From a virus (taxonomy: Duplodnaviria > Caudoviricetes): a DNA stretch of 64,000 nt. Shown here piece after piece: positions 36,104 through 45,838 of this stretch (its first letter is position 1; each line of letters starts with the position of its first letter). Below the pieces are notes generated by a model. That model made no database searches. It was not told the DNA's origin and worked only from the letters and a program-made list of their open reading frames with translations. Position numbers and translations under genes: made by a program. Location of the stretch: the IMG/VR virus record IMGVR_UViG_3300037857_000053, positions 7,775-71,774 of that record; one strand, given 5' to 3'.

Positions 36104-36381
36104 TGACAAGCCGTTTCATTGTTTCCAACACTTACAAGGCCACGACTGAAGCAACAGTAGAGCTGCCGGATGGCATCGAATTTGAAAGCCTCAATGACTG
36201 GCATGTTCGTTGGGACAGCTTTTTCTACCAGACAGAAAAAGGTGGTCCCTTCCACGAAATCAAACTCGAAAGTGATTTCACAGCCGAACAGACCATCGAC
36301 TTCAAGGAACCAGCGTCGGCAAAAGTGTGCTCCATCGGTGAGTTTGAGAATGCCGAATGCGTACTGGGAGAGCGGTCATGA
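36103..36381 (+). CDS. Hypothetical protein
   Basis: TAATG coupling with the upstream gene. Confidence 0.6.
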   Translation: MTSRFIVSNTYKATTEATVELPDGIEFESLNDWHVRWDSFFYQTEKGGPFHEIKLESDFTAEQTIDFKEPASAKVCSIGEFENAECVLGERS

Positions 36382-36815
36382 CCATGTATCACTTCAACGG
36401 CAGCATTGCGATCCGCTATTCCGGCAGCCTGTCCGTGGAAGCCGACAGCCTGGAAGACGCAAAGGCCCGGTTGATCGACCCTGGCTTTGACATCCGCGCC
36501 GCCTTCCATCCTAACGGATGTGGGGACGATGACTTCAACTTCATTCTCGGTCGGTATCAGGTCTATGCCCAGGATGTGCTTTGGGAGACCAGCGGCGGTG
36601 ATGAGCATGAAGCAGATATTGACGACTGGATCCTGACGGCTTCTGAAAAGGCGATGCAGGCCGGTCCAGCGCTTCTGGATGCCCTTCAGGACCTATTGGA
36701 GGAGGCGGAAAACACGTCCGCCTTTGAAGATGCCTTGGAAGGCGAAGATGACGCCATGCTCCGGGCCGTCGAGAAAGCCCGAAAGGCGATCACAAAAGCT
36801 GGGGGTGTGGCATGA
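36378..36815 (+). CDS. Hypothetical protein
   Basis: ATGA coupling at both ends. Confidence 0.65.
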   Translation: MTMYHFNGSIAIRYSGSLSVEADSLEDAKARLIDPGFDIRAAFHPNGCGDDDFNFILGRYQVYAQDVLWETSGGDEHEADIDDWILTASEKAMQAGPALLDALQDLLEEAENTSAFEDALEGEDDAMLRAVEKARKAITKAGGVA

Positions 36816-37201
36816 CCGAGTACACCGTCAAGGTCGGGTTCTGGGTCCGTGGATATGACGAAGCAGTCATTGAAGCCACGCCCGAAACCGTAATCGACAA
36901 AGCCAAGGCCAAAGCCAAGGAAATCATGGAAAAGGTCGAGACTCCCGAGATCGACCCGGAACGGCGTGATGGCGTGATCGTCTACATCGATACCCACGAT
37001 CGTCTTGAGAATTGGGGCGAGTGTGTCGAGTTTGATGACGACAGTCTTATGACCCAGGTTCAAAGAGGCGGCCCCAGGATGCTGGAAGCGCTCAAGGCCA
37101 TAGCCGAGATCGAAGATCCAAAGTCCGGAGACCGTGGCCCGATCAAGGTGGCCCGGCACATCGCCAAAGCCGTCATTAAGGAAGTGGAGCCCAGCTCATG
37201 A
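36812..37201 (+). CDS. Hypothetical protein
   Basis: ATGA coupling at both ends. Confidence 0.65.
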   Translation: MTEYTVKVGFWVRGYDEAVIEATPETVIDKAKAKAKEIMEKVETPEIDPERRDGVIVYIDTHDRLENWGECVEFDDDSLMTQVQRGGPRMLEALKAIAEIEDPKSGDRGPIKVARHIAKAVIKEVEPSS

Positions 37202-37410
37202 GCACAGTCCGCAAAGAATGGAACATGGCCTGCCCGGACTGCAAGACCGACTACCTCCTTATCGTCACCTACACCAGCGAGGCGCTTTTGACGCCAGACG
37301 GTACTGACGACGATGAAGGATCCTGCGACCGCGAATGGGACGATCAAAGCCCGATCCGCTGCGATGAGTGCGGCTGGAGCGGCAAGGTCGAAGATGCGGA
37401 GTTGAGCTGA
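37198..37410 (+). CDS. Zinc-ribbon protein
   Basis: CPDC...CDECGW. Confidence 0.7.
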   Translation: MSTVRKEWNMACPDCKTDYLLIVTYTSEALLTPDGTDDDEGSCDREWDDQSPIRCDECGWSGKVEDAELS

Positions 37411-37649
37411 TGGACTTTGACACCCCGGAAGGCCGCCTTGATGCCCTCAACACCTTAGGACCGGAGGAATACAATCGGCGCTTGACCCTGCATCACCGGG
37501 AACAAGTGGTTGAGACCGTCAACGGCTACGACATCCGAAAGATCGGAACCCGGTTTGGCCCGGTCTTTCAGATCGAAACAACGTCCAGGGCCTTTTCCAG
37601 CCTGGAAGACTCCCGAACCCATGCAGAGGGACTTAGCCCGAAAAGGTGA
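37410..37649 (+). CDS. Hypothetical protein
   Basis: TGATG coupling; VETVNGYDIR...RFG..F. Confidence 0.6.
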   Translation: MDFDTPEGRLDALNTLGPEEYNRRLTLHHREQVVETVNGYDIRKIGTRFGPVFQIETTSRAFSSLEDSRTHAEGLSPKR

Positions 37650-37723
37650 TCATCGAAGGCCGGATCTGAAAGGGTCCGGCTCACGATGACCATCCGTCAT
37701 CACTTCAGCCACGGAGTTAAGAC

Positions 37724-39250
37724 ATGAACCAGATTATCGCACGAGCCACGGTGGAGGATATTGTCCGCCACCGGAACCAAGCCCTTGAGCTCTATTCGGA
37801 AGCTTTTGAGCAGATCCGGCTTGCCGACATCAAAATCAAAGAGGCCAAGCGTGTCGCCTCCCTCGCCTCCCCTGGCATCAACGGCTACAACTATTCCCAG
37901 GCCAAAGAGGTCGAAGCGTTTCATAAAGCCGTCGATCTCCCAGATGCCGATCAGTATATGCGGGTTGCCCGACGCTTGGTTGACATCAATGTCTGGTCCT
38001 ACGTCATCGAGCGGACCGACCTGGAACGCTTGATGGACAAAGAAGCCAAAGACAAATTGCACGAACAGTTCCGGTACGTGCCGGAGCGGACCGATCGCAA
38101 AGGCGAGATCATCAATCAAGACGAGATCGATAAGGGCATCCCGGAGGTCTCGGTTGAAAACATCCAGGCCACTGTTGAATCCTTCGCCCTTCAAGCGGAT
38201 GAAATCTTCAAACGCGGCATTGCGAATGCCTTTTCAAAACTGGACCGGCGGTTCAAGTCTCACGACGGCTTCAAGATCGGATCCCGGATCATCCTTCAGC
38301 GGGTGTTCGATGAATGGGGTCATATGTCCTATGCCTCCCGGATGCGGGACACGCTAATTGACGTCGAACGCGCCTTTACCATCGTGGACAAGGGTCTGAC
38401 CGATCACAGCTATACCGAAGCCATGCGGGCGCTTGAACATGACCGCAGAGGTTTCTCCGGAGCGCGTCAAAGCGAGATCGAAACCGAGTATTTCCTGATC
38501 CGGGGCTACAAGAACGGCAACGCTCACCTGTGGTTCAAACGCGATGACCTGGTTGAGAAGATCAACAAGATCCTGGCCGACTATTACGGCGAGGTCATTG
38601 CGGACGGCAATCAGGCCCAAGAAGATATCTTCGCCAACATCAAGACAACGCCTGCCCGGTTTTATGGATTCTATCCGACCCCGGAACCGGCCGCGGATTT
38701 TCTGTTTGACGGCCTACCTCTATACATCGGACGCGAGGACAAACCCTTGCGGATCATGGAACCCTCTGCTGGCACCGGCAACCTGGCACGGCGGCTTGTA
38801 AAGCGCCGAGAGGGCAGCGAATCCCAAGGGTGGGGCAAGGATCCGATCAAGTACACCTACCAGCACAAAGTGGACTGTGTTGAGATCCAACCGCATCTTG
38901 CCGATCAACTGGAGGCTCACGGGGCTTTCAATCGGGTCTACAAGTGCGATTTCCTCAGCCTTACGCCGGAGGATACCGGGCTTTATGACGTCATCGCCAT
39001 GAACCCACCGTTCGACCGGGAGCGCGACATTGACCACGTTGTCCACGCCTTCAAATTCCTGAAACCCGGTGGAACGCTGAAAGCCATCATGTCCGCCGGC
39101 ACCGAGTTCCGGGAAACCAAAAAGGCAAAGGCTTTCCGGGAGCTTGTCGAAGCCAATCGCGGCGAATGGCGGGATCTTCCCCCAGGGTCCTTTTCCGAAG
39201 TCGGGACCAACGTCAACACGTTGATCGTCAAAATGCGCAAGCCCGGCTAA
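37724..39250 (+). CDS. DUF4942-like domain fused to an N6-adenine DNA methyltransferase
   Basis: GFYPTP, MEPSAGTG, VDCVEI, DFL and AMNPPF motifs; N-terminal FKIGSRII...FKNGN.HL.F-type domain. Confidence 0.88.
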   Translation: MNQIIARATVEDIVRHRNQALELYSEAFEQIRLADIKIKEAKRVASLASPGINGYNYSQAKEVEAFHKAVDLPDADQYMRVARRLVDINVWSYVIERTDLERLMDKEAKDKLHEQFRYVPERTDRKGEIINQDEIDKGIPEVSVENIQATVESFALQADEIFKRGIANAFSKLDRRFKSHDGFKIGSRIILQRVFDEWGHMSYASRMRDTLIDVERAFTIVDKGLTDHSYTEAMRALEHDRRGFSGARQSEIETEYFLIRGYKNGNAHLWFKRDDLVEKINKILADYYGEVIADGNQAQEDIFANIKTTPARFYGFYPTPEPAADFLFDGLPLYIGREDKPLRIMEPSAGTGNLARRLVKRREGSESQGWGKDPIKYTYQHKVDCVEIQPHLADQLEAHGAFNRVYKCDFLSLTPEDTGLYDVIAMNPPFDRERDIDHVVHAFKFLKPGGTLKAIMSAGTEFRETKKAKAFRELVEANRGEWRDLPPGSFSEVGTNVNTLIVKMRKPG

Positions 39251-39463
39251 TCAGTTTCCAACCAGCATTCTCGCCTTACGCGGCCTGTTGGTTGGACAAC
39301 AGCGGTCTTTCACGAATGCCCGTTCGGCCAGACCGCTTCCCATGAGGAGATTCACCCCAGATGCTCCCACAAGCATTTGATTTTGTGCGTCTTTTCATTT
39401 CAACAAGAGGGCTCCCGTGATACAATGGGGGCCCTCAAATAAGCCACGAAGAAAGGAATTTAC

Positions 39464-39904
39464 ATGCGACCAATACTCACCGGATGGTGGTTTGCAAAAC
39501 CAGAAGCCGAGTACATCAAAATCGGCATTTCACGGGGTTCGCCGCGCGGCCAATCCGGTTTCCGGAAGTACATGGATCTGGCCCCAGGGGCCTGGTTCAA
39601 ATCGGTCACGCCGGATGAATACCAGCGGCGGTTCAATCAGCAGCTAGGTCAGCTCGACCCTCACAAGGTTGCTGCAAGGATTTATGATCTGGCAGGGGAT
39701 CGAATCCCTGTTCTGTGCTGCTACGAGCGGCCAGATCTCATCCACAAAGGGGAGCTTTTTTGCCACCGGCATTTTGTGGCGAAGTGGTTGGAAGATCACT
39801 TGGAAATTGAGGTTCCCGAACTGGATTTTCCGAAGCTTAACCGGTTCAAGTTGCTCGAAAAACACGGCATCGAACCGGTATCCCATCAACCGAACCTGAT
39901 CTAA
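39464..39904 (+). CDS. DUF488-like protein
   Basis: IGISRG.P, LAPG, Y..RF..QL..LDP, VLCCYE and CHRH.VA.WL motifs. Confidence 0.75.
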   Translation: MRPILTGWWFAKPEAEYIKIGISRGSPRGQSGFRKYMDLAPGAWFKSVTPDEYQRRFNQQLGQLDPHKVAARIYDLAGDRIPVLCCYERPDLIHKGELFCHRHFVAKWLEDHLEIEVPELDFPKLNRFKLLEKHGIEPVSHQPNLI

Positions 39905-39912
39905 AGAAAGAA

Positions 39913-39935
39913 GGGCGGGAGATAACTCCCGCCCT
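39913..39935. terminator. Terminator hairpin between convergent units
   Basis: GGGCGGGAG-ATAA-CTCCCGCCC stem. Confidence 0.7.
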
Positions 39936-40071
39936 CCGCTGCATACCTTCAGCCACGAAGAAGCAAAGAATGCTTTTTAGATGCAGCAGTAATCCTTATC
40001 TACGATAGAGGGGCGAAATTCAACAGGGGGAAATTGTCAACACTTCCCCGGTTTGCACATGATTTTCGCGA

Positions 40072-40566
40072 TCATACCGTTCTTGGGATTGAAACCTGTC
40101 TCACCTGTTCCAGGTTGTCAATGTCGGCCTCCTCGACCTGCACTCCATTTTCATTAAGAGAATCAGTAAGTTGCTGGAGTGCTTTTGCCATTCGTCTGTA
40201 AACGGTGGCGCGAGACCAGCCTCTTTTTCTGCAATATTTTGCCAGGCTAAGCGACGAAGTTGCGCAAAACGCCTGCGCCATGAGGCACCGCCTTGGACCT
40301 GGTTGCCCTTTTAGGTGCTGATTGATCCAGATCAGCATTTCCTCAGCCCGGCGGATCATTGGCGCGCTCGGCGGGATCCTTTGCCGGCCGATCTGTTCCT
40401 TGATCTCGTCGTCGGTCGGTTGATAGACATCTTCCAGAAGATCCAGGTTCCGCGCATAGGTCAAAGCTGAGTTCCCGGGTTGGCGAGGCTTTGGAACCGC
40501 GGGCATCCGCTTGAATGTCTCCATCATTTCCAAAGTCCTTAAATATACGGCATCGGTAGTCCACAT
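40072..40566 (-). CDS. Putative late transcription regulator (DUF6362 / Q-position protein)
   Basis: Last gene of the replication operon; C-terminal HTH-like GWSRATVYRR. Confidence 0.6.
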   Translation of the reverse strand: MWTTDAVYLRTLEMMETFKRMPAVPKPRQPGNSALTYARNLDLLEDVYQPTDDEIKEQIGRQRIPPSAPMIRRAEEMLIWINQHLKGQPGPRRCLMAQAFCATSSLSLAKYCRKRGWSRATVYRRMAKALQQLTDSLNENGVQVEEADIDNLEQVRQVSIPRTV

Positions 40567-40569
40567 GGT

Positions 40570-41904
40570 TCAGATGTCCTCAAAGTGTGTGGTGTTCTCA
40601 ACAAAGCGGCATTCCCTGACACCGCGTCCCTTGCCTCCCCGGCGCTTGGCCAGAACCAGCTCGGCCCGACCCTTCCAACGGCGCATGTTGGCGTCCCAGT
40701 CGGCGCGCATGGGGTCATCCTCGGGAGGCTCCTCCATTTCCAGGAAGTATTGCGGTCGGTGGACGAAAAGCACTGTGTCCGCGGATTTCTCGATTTCCGA
40801 TCCGCCGAACAGATCCTGAAGCCTTGGCCTTTTGTTCTGGCGATCGTTCAAAGACCGGTTCAACTGAGACAGAACCATCCAGGGGATCTTGGTAGACTTG
40901 GCAGCGGCCTTGAAATCCCGGACGTTCTGGTTGATGGCCTCAAACTCGGACCGGTGCTTTTCATCCGGATTGACGTAGTGCAGGTGATCGACCGCCACGA
41001 TCTCAATCCCCTTCACCCGGCGCAGGCGCTCGACCTCTGCCAGGATTGAAGACGGTGTAGCCCGGCTCATCGAGATAACGTCCAGCGGAGCCCCGTTCAG
41101 ATCATGTCGGGCATTCAAAACCCGCTCATACTCCTCAGCGTTCAATTCCGCGTTGGTGATCCTGGAAGCTGAGATTCCGGTCATGTGCGACAAGAACCTT
41201 GTGACGATCTCGTCAGCGCTCATTTCCAGCGTGAAAAAGGCCGCCCGGACTTGCTGATCGACCAGACGCTTGATGGCCCCTTGCGCCAGAGCCGTCTTAC
41301 CGGAGGAGGTTGCCCCGCCAATGATGAGAAGCTGTTCCGGCATGATGGCCCCAACCAGCTCATCAAAGGCTGCAAAGCCCGTCGTCATGCCTGGGCGGGT
41401 TCCTTCGGTAAAGGCCTTGCTGAGATCCTGAACAACGCGCTCAGCGATCTTGTCCACCTCGTAGTCCGGCGTATCGACCAGCCCCATGTGCTCCATCAGG
41501 TTCTTGTGAACCAGTTGCAAAGCATCGGGCAGATGCAGCTCGTCAACTTTCTTTTCCAGAGCAGCCAGCGTGGCTGTCAAAGCCCGCTTGCGGGACATTT
41601 CAACCACGATGTCCACAAACTCCACCATGTCTCCAGGGTCATCGACGTTTCCCAGGAGAGACACGTAATCAAAGGCTGCTTGGGAGTTGCCTGGATTGAC
41701 GTGCATGAAATTGGCCTGATTGACCGTCTTGCCCTCTTTCAGGAGCTTGGCAACGGACTCGAAGTAGGTCCCCATGACCGGGTTGGCAAAATCCTTCCCA
41801 GACACCCGGTTGGCGATTTCGTAATACCGGCCCGGGTCGCCCAGAAGGCGGCCAACCACCTCCTCCTCGGCCTTGAAGTTCGTATTCCTCTGGTCCGCCA
41901 TCAC
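40570..41904 (-). CDS. dnaB: Replicative DNA helicase
   Basis: GATSSGKT, FTLEMS, VDHL, LSQLNR, GSEIEKSAD and KRRGG motifs. Confidence 0.95.
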   Translation of the reverse strand: MMADQRNTNFKAEEEVVGRLLGDPGRYYEIANRVSGKDFANPVMGTYFESVAKLLKEGKTVNQANFMHVNPGNSQAAFDYVSLLGNVDDPGDMVEFVDIVVEMSRKRALTATLAALEKKVDELHLPDALQLVHKNLMEHMGLVDTPDYEVDKIAERVVQDLSKAFTEGTRPGMTTGFAAFDELVGAIMPEQLLIIGGATSSGKTALAQGAIKRLVDQQVRAAFFTLEMSADEIVTRFLSHMTGISASRITNAELNAEEYERVLNARHDLNGAPLDVISMSRATPSSILAEVERLRRVKGIEIVAVDHLHYVNPDEKHRSEFEAINQNVRDFKAAAKSTKIPWMVLSQLNRSLNDRQNKRPRLQDLFGGSEIEKSADTVLFVHRPQYFLEMEEPPEDDPMRADWDANMRRWKGRAELVLAKRRGGKGRGVRECRFVENTTHFEDI

Positions 41905-42923
41905 GCCCTCAGCTTTTGTTTGGTTATGTTGAGGACATCCAGCCAGTCACTTCCGTACTTGCGGGGCGGCATGATGACGACCTTGTGGCTGTCTTTCAGG
42001 CGATGTTGAAGTTGAAGGGCGGCATTCATCCCCGGAATGACCTTGCGGCCATTGATCACCTTCACCCGGTCATTGTCGGCAAAGACGTGGATCTCCTCCA
42101 CGCCCTCAGGTGGTTCGAATGTCTGGATTCCAGATGTTGAAAGTCCAGCCCAGACTGGCATCTGGAACATGGCGATTTCACAGCAGGCCAGAGACGTTTC
42201 GACACCTTCAGCCAAACCAATTACCCGAGCAGGCTTTCCAAGCCTCACGGCCCCTCCCTTTGCCTCTCCGAGACCCATTTTGGCCGGATCGACCGGAGCT
42301 TTGCCGGACCCGTCCTTTTTGATCCAGATCCGCCAGATGGCAGTGCCGGACCCGTTGGCTTGTTGAACCGCGCACACCAGTGCTGGCCAGGAGGATTTTG
42401 AGGGCGCGTGATAAAGCGAGGACATGAACCGCAAACAAGAAGGCCACTCGCGCATCTGGAGCCCCCTGGAAATCAGATATTGCTCGCCCAAGGTGCCTTT
42501 GATGGCGGTGGAGTTCTTCCAGACATAGGCGACAGTTTCGTGTTTCCTGGCCTTGTCGGCCTCCTCTTTCAGGCGGCGCTGCCGGCGACGTTCTTCAGCC
42601 CGTCGTTGCTGCTCTGGATCTGGAGCGGGCATGTCCTCGGAAATCCCGAGATAGCCCTTGGCCCACTTGACGGCATCGGCAAAGGATCCGCCGTTGACTT
42701 CCTGGATAAGGTTGAGAAGACCTCCCCCAGGTTTTGAACCCTGGAAGAACCCCACGACGCCGCGCTTGTTGCCGCGAAGGACCACGCCAATTGCGCCGCC
42801 GGTTGGAGATCTGGATCCGGACACATACCATTCCGCACCTTTTCTTTCTCCATCAGGCAGAAGGCGCTGGCACAGGTCCTCGACCCGATCGTTCAGCCGT
42901 TCTGTGATTTCTGAAAGTTCCAT
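41901..42923 (-). CDS. Phage primase (Toprim)
   Basis: GTLGEQYLISRG, GGAVRL, LAEGVETSL and VFADND motifs. Confidence 0.9.
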   Translation of the reverse strand: MELSEITERLNDRVEDLCQRLLPDGERKGAEWYVSGSRSPTGGAIGVVLRGNKRGVVGFFQGSKPGGGLLNLIQEVNGGSFADAVKWAKGYLGISEDMPAPDPEQQRRAEERRRQRRLKEEADKARKHETVAYVWKNSTAIKGTLGEQYLISRGLQMREWPSCLRFMSSLYHAPSKSSWPALVCAVQQANGSGTAIWRIWIKKDGSGKAPVDPAKMGLGEAKGGAVRLGKPARVIGLAEGVETSLACCEIAMFQMPVWAGLSTSGIQTFEPPEGVEEIHVFADNDRVKVINGRKVIPGMNAALQLQHRLKDSHKVVIMPPRKYGSDWLDVLNITKQKLRA

Positions 42924-43369
42924 TGTGCGTACAGTGCCCCTGAGATCATCCCTGCCATGACGGTGTTGACCCGAACCCGAGGATCCAGGCTCTTGGTCAA
43001 TTGCTTCGAGCGAAGACGCATGGCCTTCAGGTCGATGTTTTCGAACGCCTCAAGTGTGGTCTGGCCGCACTCTCGAACCCGCTCGTCATTGGCCACCACA
43101 CAAGCGATTGCGCGCATGGTGTCATTGCGCAGTTCTCCAGGGTTTCCGTCCCGCGTCTGCGTGATGATCTTCAAGGTGAGGATCAACGTCTCAATACCGT
43201 AGGATTCGGCAATGTTGAGAATGGGATCAGTGCTGTGTGTCTGCCGAGGCTCAGTGATCGCCCCAGCCTTATTCGGCGGGACAATCTTGATGCCTAGATG
43301 ATTAAGAACCTTTTGAACGTCACGCTTCGTTGACGATAGATGGCTCAATGGAACGCCCAGTCGTGGCAT
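42893..43369 (-). CDS. Hypothetical protein
   Basis: 158 aa overlapping both neighbours. Confidence 0.6.
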   Translation of the reverse strand: MPRLGVPLSHLSSTKRDVQKVLNHLGIKIVPPNKAGAITEPRQTHSTDPILNIAESYGIETLILTLKIITQTRDGNPGELRNDTMRAIACVVANDERVRECGQTTLEAFENIDLKAMRLRSKQLTKSLDPRVRVNTVMAGMISGALYAQWNFQKSQNG

Positions 43370-43943
43370 CTGGAGTCCTCCTTAAGAATTTCAGTGTTGG
43401 TGATCCGGTGTAGCCCTGCTGCCAGATAATCCAGGCGAAGTCCTTCTTGCCGCCCCCTGGATGCTCTCCAGCTTCAATGACAGGGCCCGGCGGCATGGAT
43501 GGCCGGGGACCAAGGGCATAGACCGTGTAAAGCGGTGTCGTTTCCAGCCAAGCCGACCGGGAGGCTGGGTTGAGCCAAGTGATCGGCAGGAGCAAAGCCA
43601 CCTTTTCACGGGCGACCTTCAAGGCGTGACGGACAAAGCACTCGGACTTGTCTTTCGGATCGCACAGACCAAAAGGCGGATTGGTCACAATGTTGGCCCA
43701 AGTGCCGTGAAAGTCCCGGAAATCCAAAGGGCTTGTTCGAACGTTGGGACGCTCTGCGATGTCGGTTCCAAAGGCTGTGCGGCCCAAGATCTCCTCAGCG
43801 GCACTGACTATGCGGCCGGATCCGCAAGAAGGATCCCAGATGCCGCCAATAAACGGTTCCACCTGAAACAGGCGCTTGGAACACCACTCCGGCTCGATGT
43901 AATAATCATCAGGGTGCCGCGCCCATAGGTTCACTTCAGGCAT
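43320..43943 (-). CDS. Small N6-adenine DNA methyltransferase
   Basis: DDYYIEP, IWDPSCGSG, GTDI and IVTNPPF motifs. Confidence 0.88.
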   Translation of the reverse strand: MPEVNLWARHPDDYYIEPEWCSKRLFQVEPFIGGIWDPSCGSGRIVSAAEEILGRTAFGTDIAERPNVRTSPLDFRDFHGTWANIVTNPPFGLCDPKDKSECFVRHALKVAREKVALLLPITWLNPASRSAWLETTPLYTVYALGPRPSMPPGPVIEAGEHPGGGKKDFAWIIWQQGYTGSPTLKFLRRTPDATTGRSIEPSIVNEA

Positions 43944-44179
43944 TGCAAAAGATCCTCTATGCGTGTGAGTTCGCGGCCAGCAACGATGGCGTCCGCAATG
44001 CGGTAATGGGTCTCTGCCAACTCGTTGGGAGACATGCGCTTGGTCAGGGTGTAGATCTGGGCGATCAAGATCAGTTGCACCACGTCAATCGAGGTTTCCC
44101 CGTTGTCGAGTGCATCGGAGGTCGTGGCGATCATCCGATTGACCACCATTTCAACAAATTCGGCTTCGGTGATGCTCAT
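43931..44179 (-). CDS. Hypothetical protein
   Basis: 82 aa, coupled. Confidence 0.55.
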   Translation of the reverse strand: MSITEAEFVEMVVNRMIATTSDALDNGETSIDVVQLILIAQIYTLTKRMSPNELAETHYRIADAIVAGRELTRIEDLLQCLK

Positions 44180-44790
44180 CGTTTGATGGCTCCTCTTGCA
44201 AAAGGGGCAAGGCGCGTGTTCCTGGGAGGAACCAGCAGGATCTCAGCGTGAGCCGGGCAATATGAGGTGCCTTCCTTGACCGGCTTGCCGCAGCAAAACG
44301 CCTTGTCAGGGCCTGGATACTCATCCCAAAGCGGGTAAGCGCACTGCCAGCGCTCCCTATCCACCAGGAGGAGATCCTTCGGCGCATTGTCGTTGGAGGG
44401 TTTCGGCTGTGCGATCGGTTCAGATGCGATCTCGACAACCGGCGTAATAGGGTCCTTGCAGGCAGGTTCAACCGCTTCCAGGACTGGCTTTTCAGGCTCT
44501 GGCGCGGGATCCGGCACCGCGGCTAACACGGGCTTTGGCTTCGTGGCTTTCATCGGTTTTGCTTTCTTCGTGGCTGTTGAAGGTTTTGGTTGCGAGGCCG
44601 AAGGATCGGACTTGGGTTTGGGCCCGCGCTTATGGCTGAATTGGATCCCCTGACGGGAGGCAAATCCGGCAATCGTGCTGCGCGTTGTGTTGAGCTCTAC
44701 AGCTGCCAGCCGAAACGAATATCCGTCCTCAGCCATACGTGTGAGCGCAACAAACCGCTGTTTCTTGGTCATCGACTTCCACTCAGGCAT
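44176..44790 (-). CDS. gcrA: GcrA-like cell-cycle regulator
   Basis: N-terminal HTH (GYSFRLAAVELNTTRSTIAG), Pro-rich linker, C-terminal C..P...FCCGKP...SYC..H. Confidence 0.85.
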   Translation of the reverse strand: MPEWKSMTKKQRFVALTRMAEDGYSFRLAAVELNTTRSTIAGFASRQGIQFSHKRGPKPKSDPSASQPKPSTATKKAKPMKATKPKPVLAAVPDPAPEPEKPVLEAVEPACKDPITPVVEIASEPIAQPKPSNDNAPKDLLLVDRERWQCAYPLWDEYPGPDKAFCCGKPVKEGTSYCPAHAEILLVPPRNTRLAPFARGAIKR

Positions 44791-45328
44791 GGGCCCCTCC
44801 TGCGGAAAACAGCGGACAGGTATTGACGGCAAAGTCTGGAAAGAGACGACAGCGCTCGTAATCCAAAAGGCCCAGTGCATCGGCCTCGTCATCGGTGCGG
44901 GCAGGCCAGCCGCGCGCTCGGCATTCCTTGCTCACCTCCTCTTTCAGCCACTTCCGGCGGTTTTGCGCCTTCAGGTACTTCGGAGCAGTCCGATGCTGGA
45001 TGAAATGCGCCCGCCACTGTGAGACGGGGACCTCGCTGCGAGTGATGCCATGCCGGTAGCACAGCTCCAGGAGACGGGCGCGCAAGCCATAGAGCTTTTC
45101 AATGGTCTGCGCGTTGACCTTGGCGGTGTTGACGAACGGGGCCTCGTGGACAATGTGTGTGATCTCGTTCATGACGATCTGGGCTTTCAGCCAGTCACCA
45201 AACTGAGCGAACATCATGCCCTGGTCCTTGGTCGGAAGGCCGACGTGACCAAAAGCCACGTCGGTTTTGCCCTCCCGCCAGCGGGCCCAGCCGGTCTTGC
45301 CGGCAAGGTCTAGCGAGAGCAAATTCAT
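44783..45328 (-). CDS. RuvC-like Holliday junction resolvase
   Basis: LSLDLAGKTGWA, IVHEAP and DDEADALGL motifs. Confidence 0.8.
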   Translation of the reverse strand: MNLLSLDLAGKTGWARWREGKTDVAFGHVGLPTKDQGMMFAQFGDWLKAQIVMNEITHIVHEAPFVNTAKVNAQTIEKLYGLRARLLELCYRHGITRSEVPVSQWRAHFIQHRTAPKYLKAQNRRKWLKEEVSKECRARGWPARTDDEADALGLLDYERCRLFPDFAVNTCPLFSAGGAHA

Positions 45329-45768
45329 TCCTCGCCGCCGATCTTGGATTTGCCGTCAGCAAAACCGGCAACCCACGCTGCATGAGCCGGTGTTCCCTCA
45401 TCGTGCGGGTTTTCATTTTCGTTGCGGCCGAGCTTTGCAGAACGCTCTCCGTCCTGGCGGGCTTCAGCTTCCCAGTTCACGTCCTCAGACGGGACTTCGA
45501 ACATTTCCAGCTGACCAATGACCGGAACGTCCAGGAAAGAGGCGTAGAGCACTTGGGTGTTGAAGATCGAAACGATCTCGTGCTTTTCCTTTTTGGCCAG
45601 ACGGCGGATGGCATCCAGATCCCCCAGGGACAAACCGTCATCCTTGGCGGCTTTACGCGCTTGGCGGATTGCAGCAACAGCGCGATCCTTTTTTTCCTCC
45701 AGGTCCTGAAGTGTGCGCAGGTGACGGAAAAACGTGTTTTCACTCAGATTGGAATTAACTTCTGTCAT
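45325..45768 (-). CDS. GapR/DUF2312-like nucleoid protein with RMF-like C-terminus
   Basis: LEEKKD....I....K.AK.DG...LY..FL pattern; C-terminal G..S...G.....NPH......AWVAGF. Confidence 0.6.
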   Translation of the reverse strand: MTEVNSNLSENTFFRHLRTLQDLEEKKDRAVAAIRQARKAAKDDGLSLGDLDAIRRLAKKEKHEIVSIFNTQVLYASFLDVPVIGQLEMFEVPSEDVNWEAEARQDGERSAKLGRNENENPHDEGTPAHAAWVAGFADGKSKIGGEE

Positions 45769-45838
45769 GATTTCGCTTTCACGGGTTTGCGCAGAAGATT
45801 CTCAATACCCAGGTCGGGATGGCCTCAGACTGCAAAAG

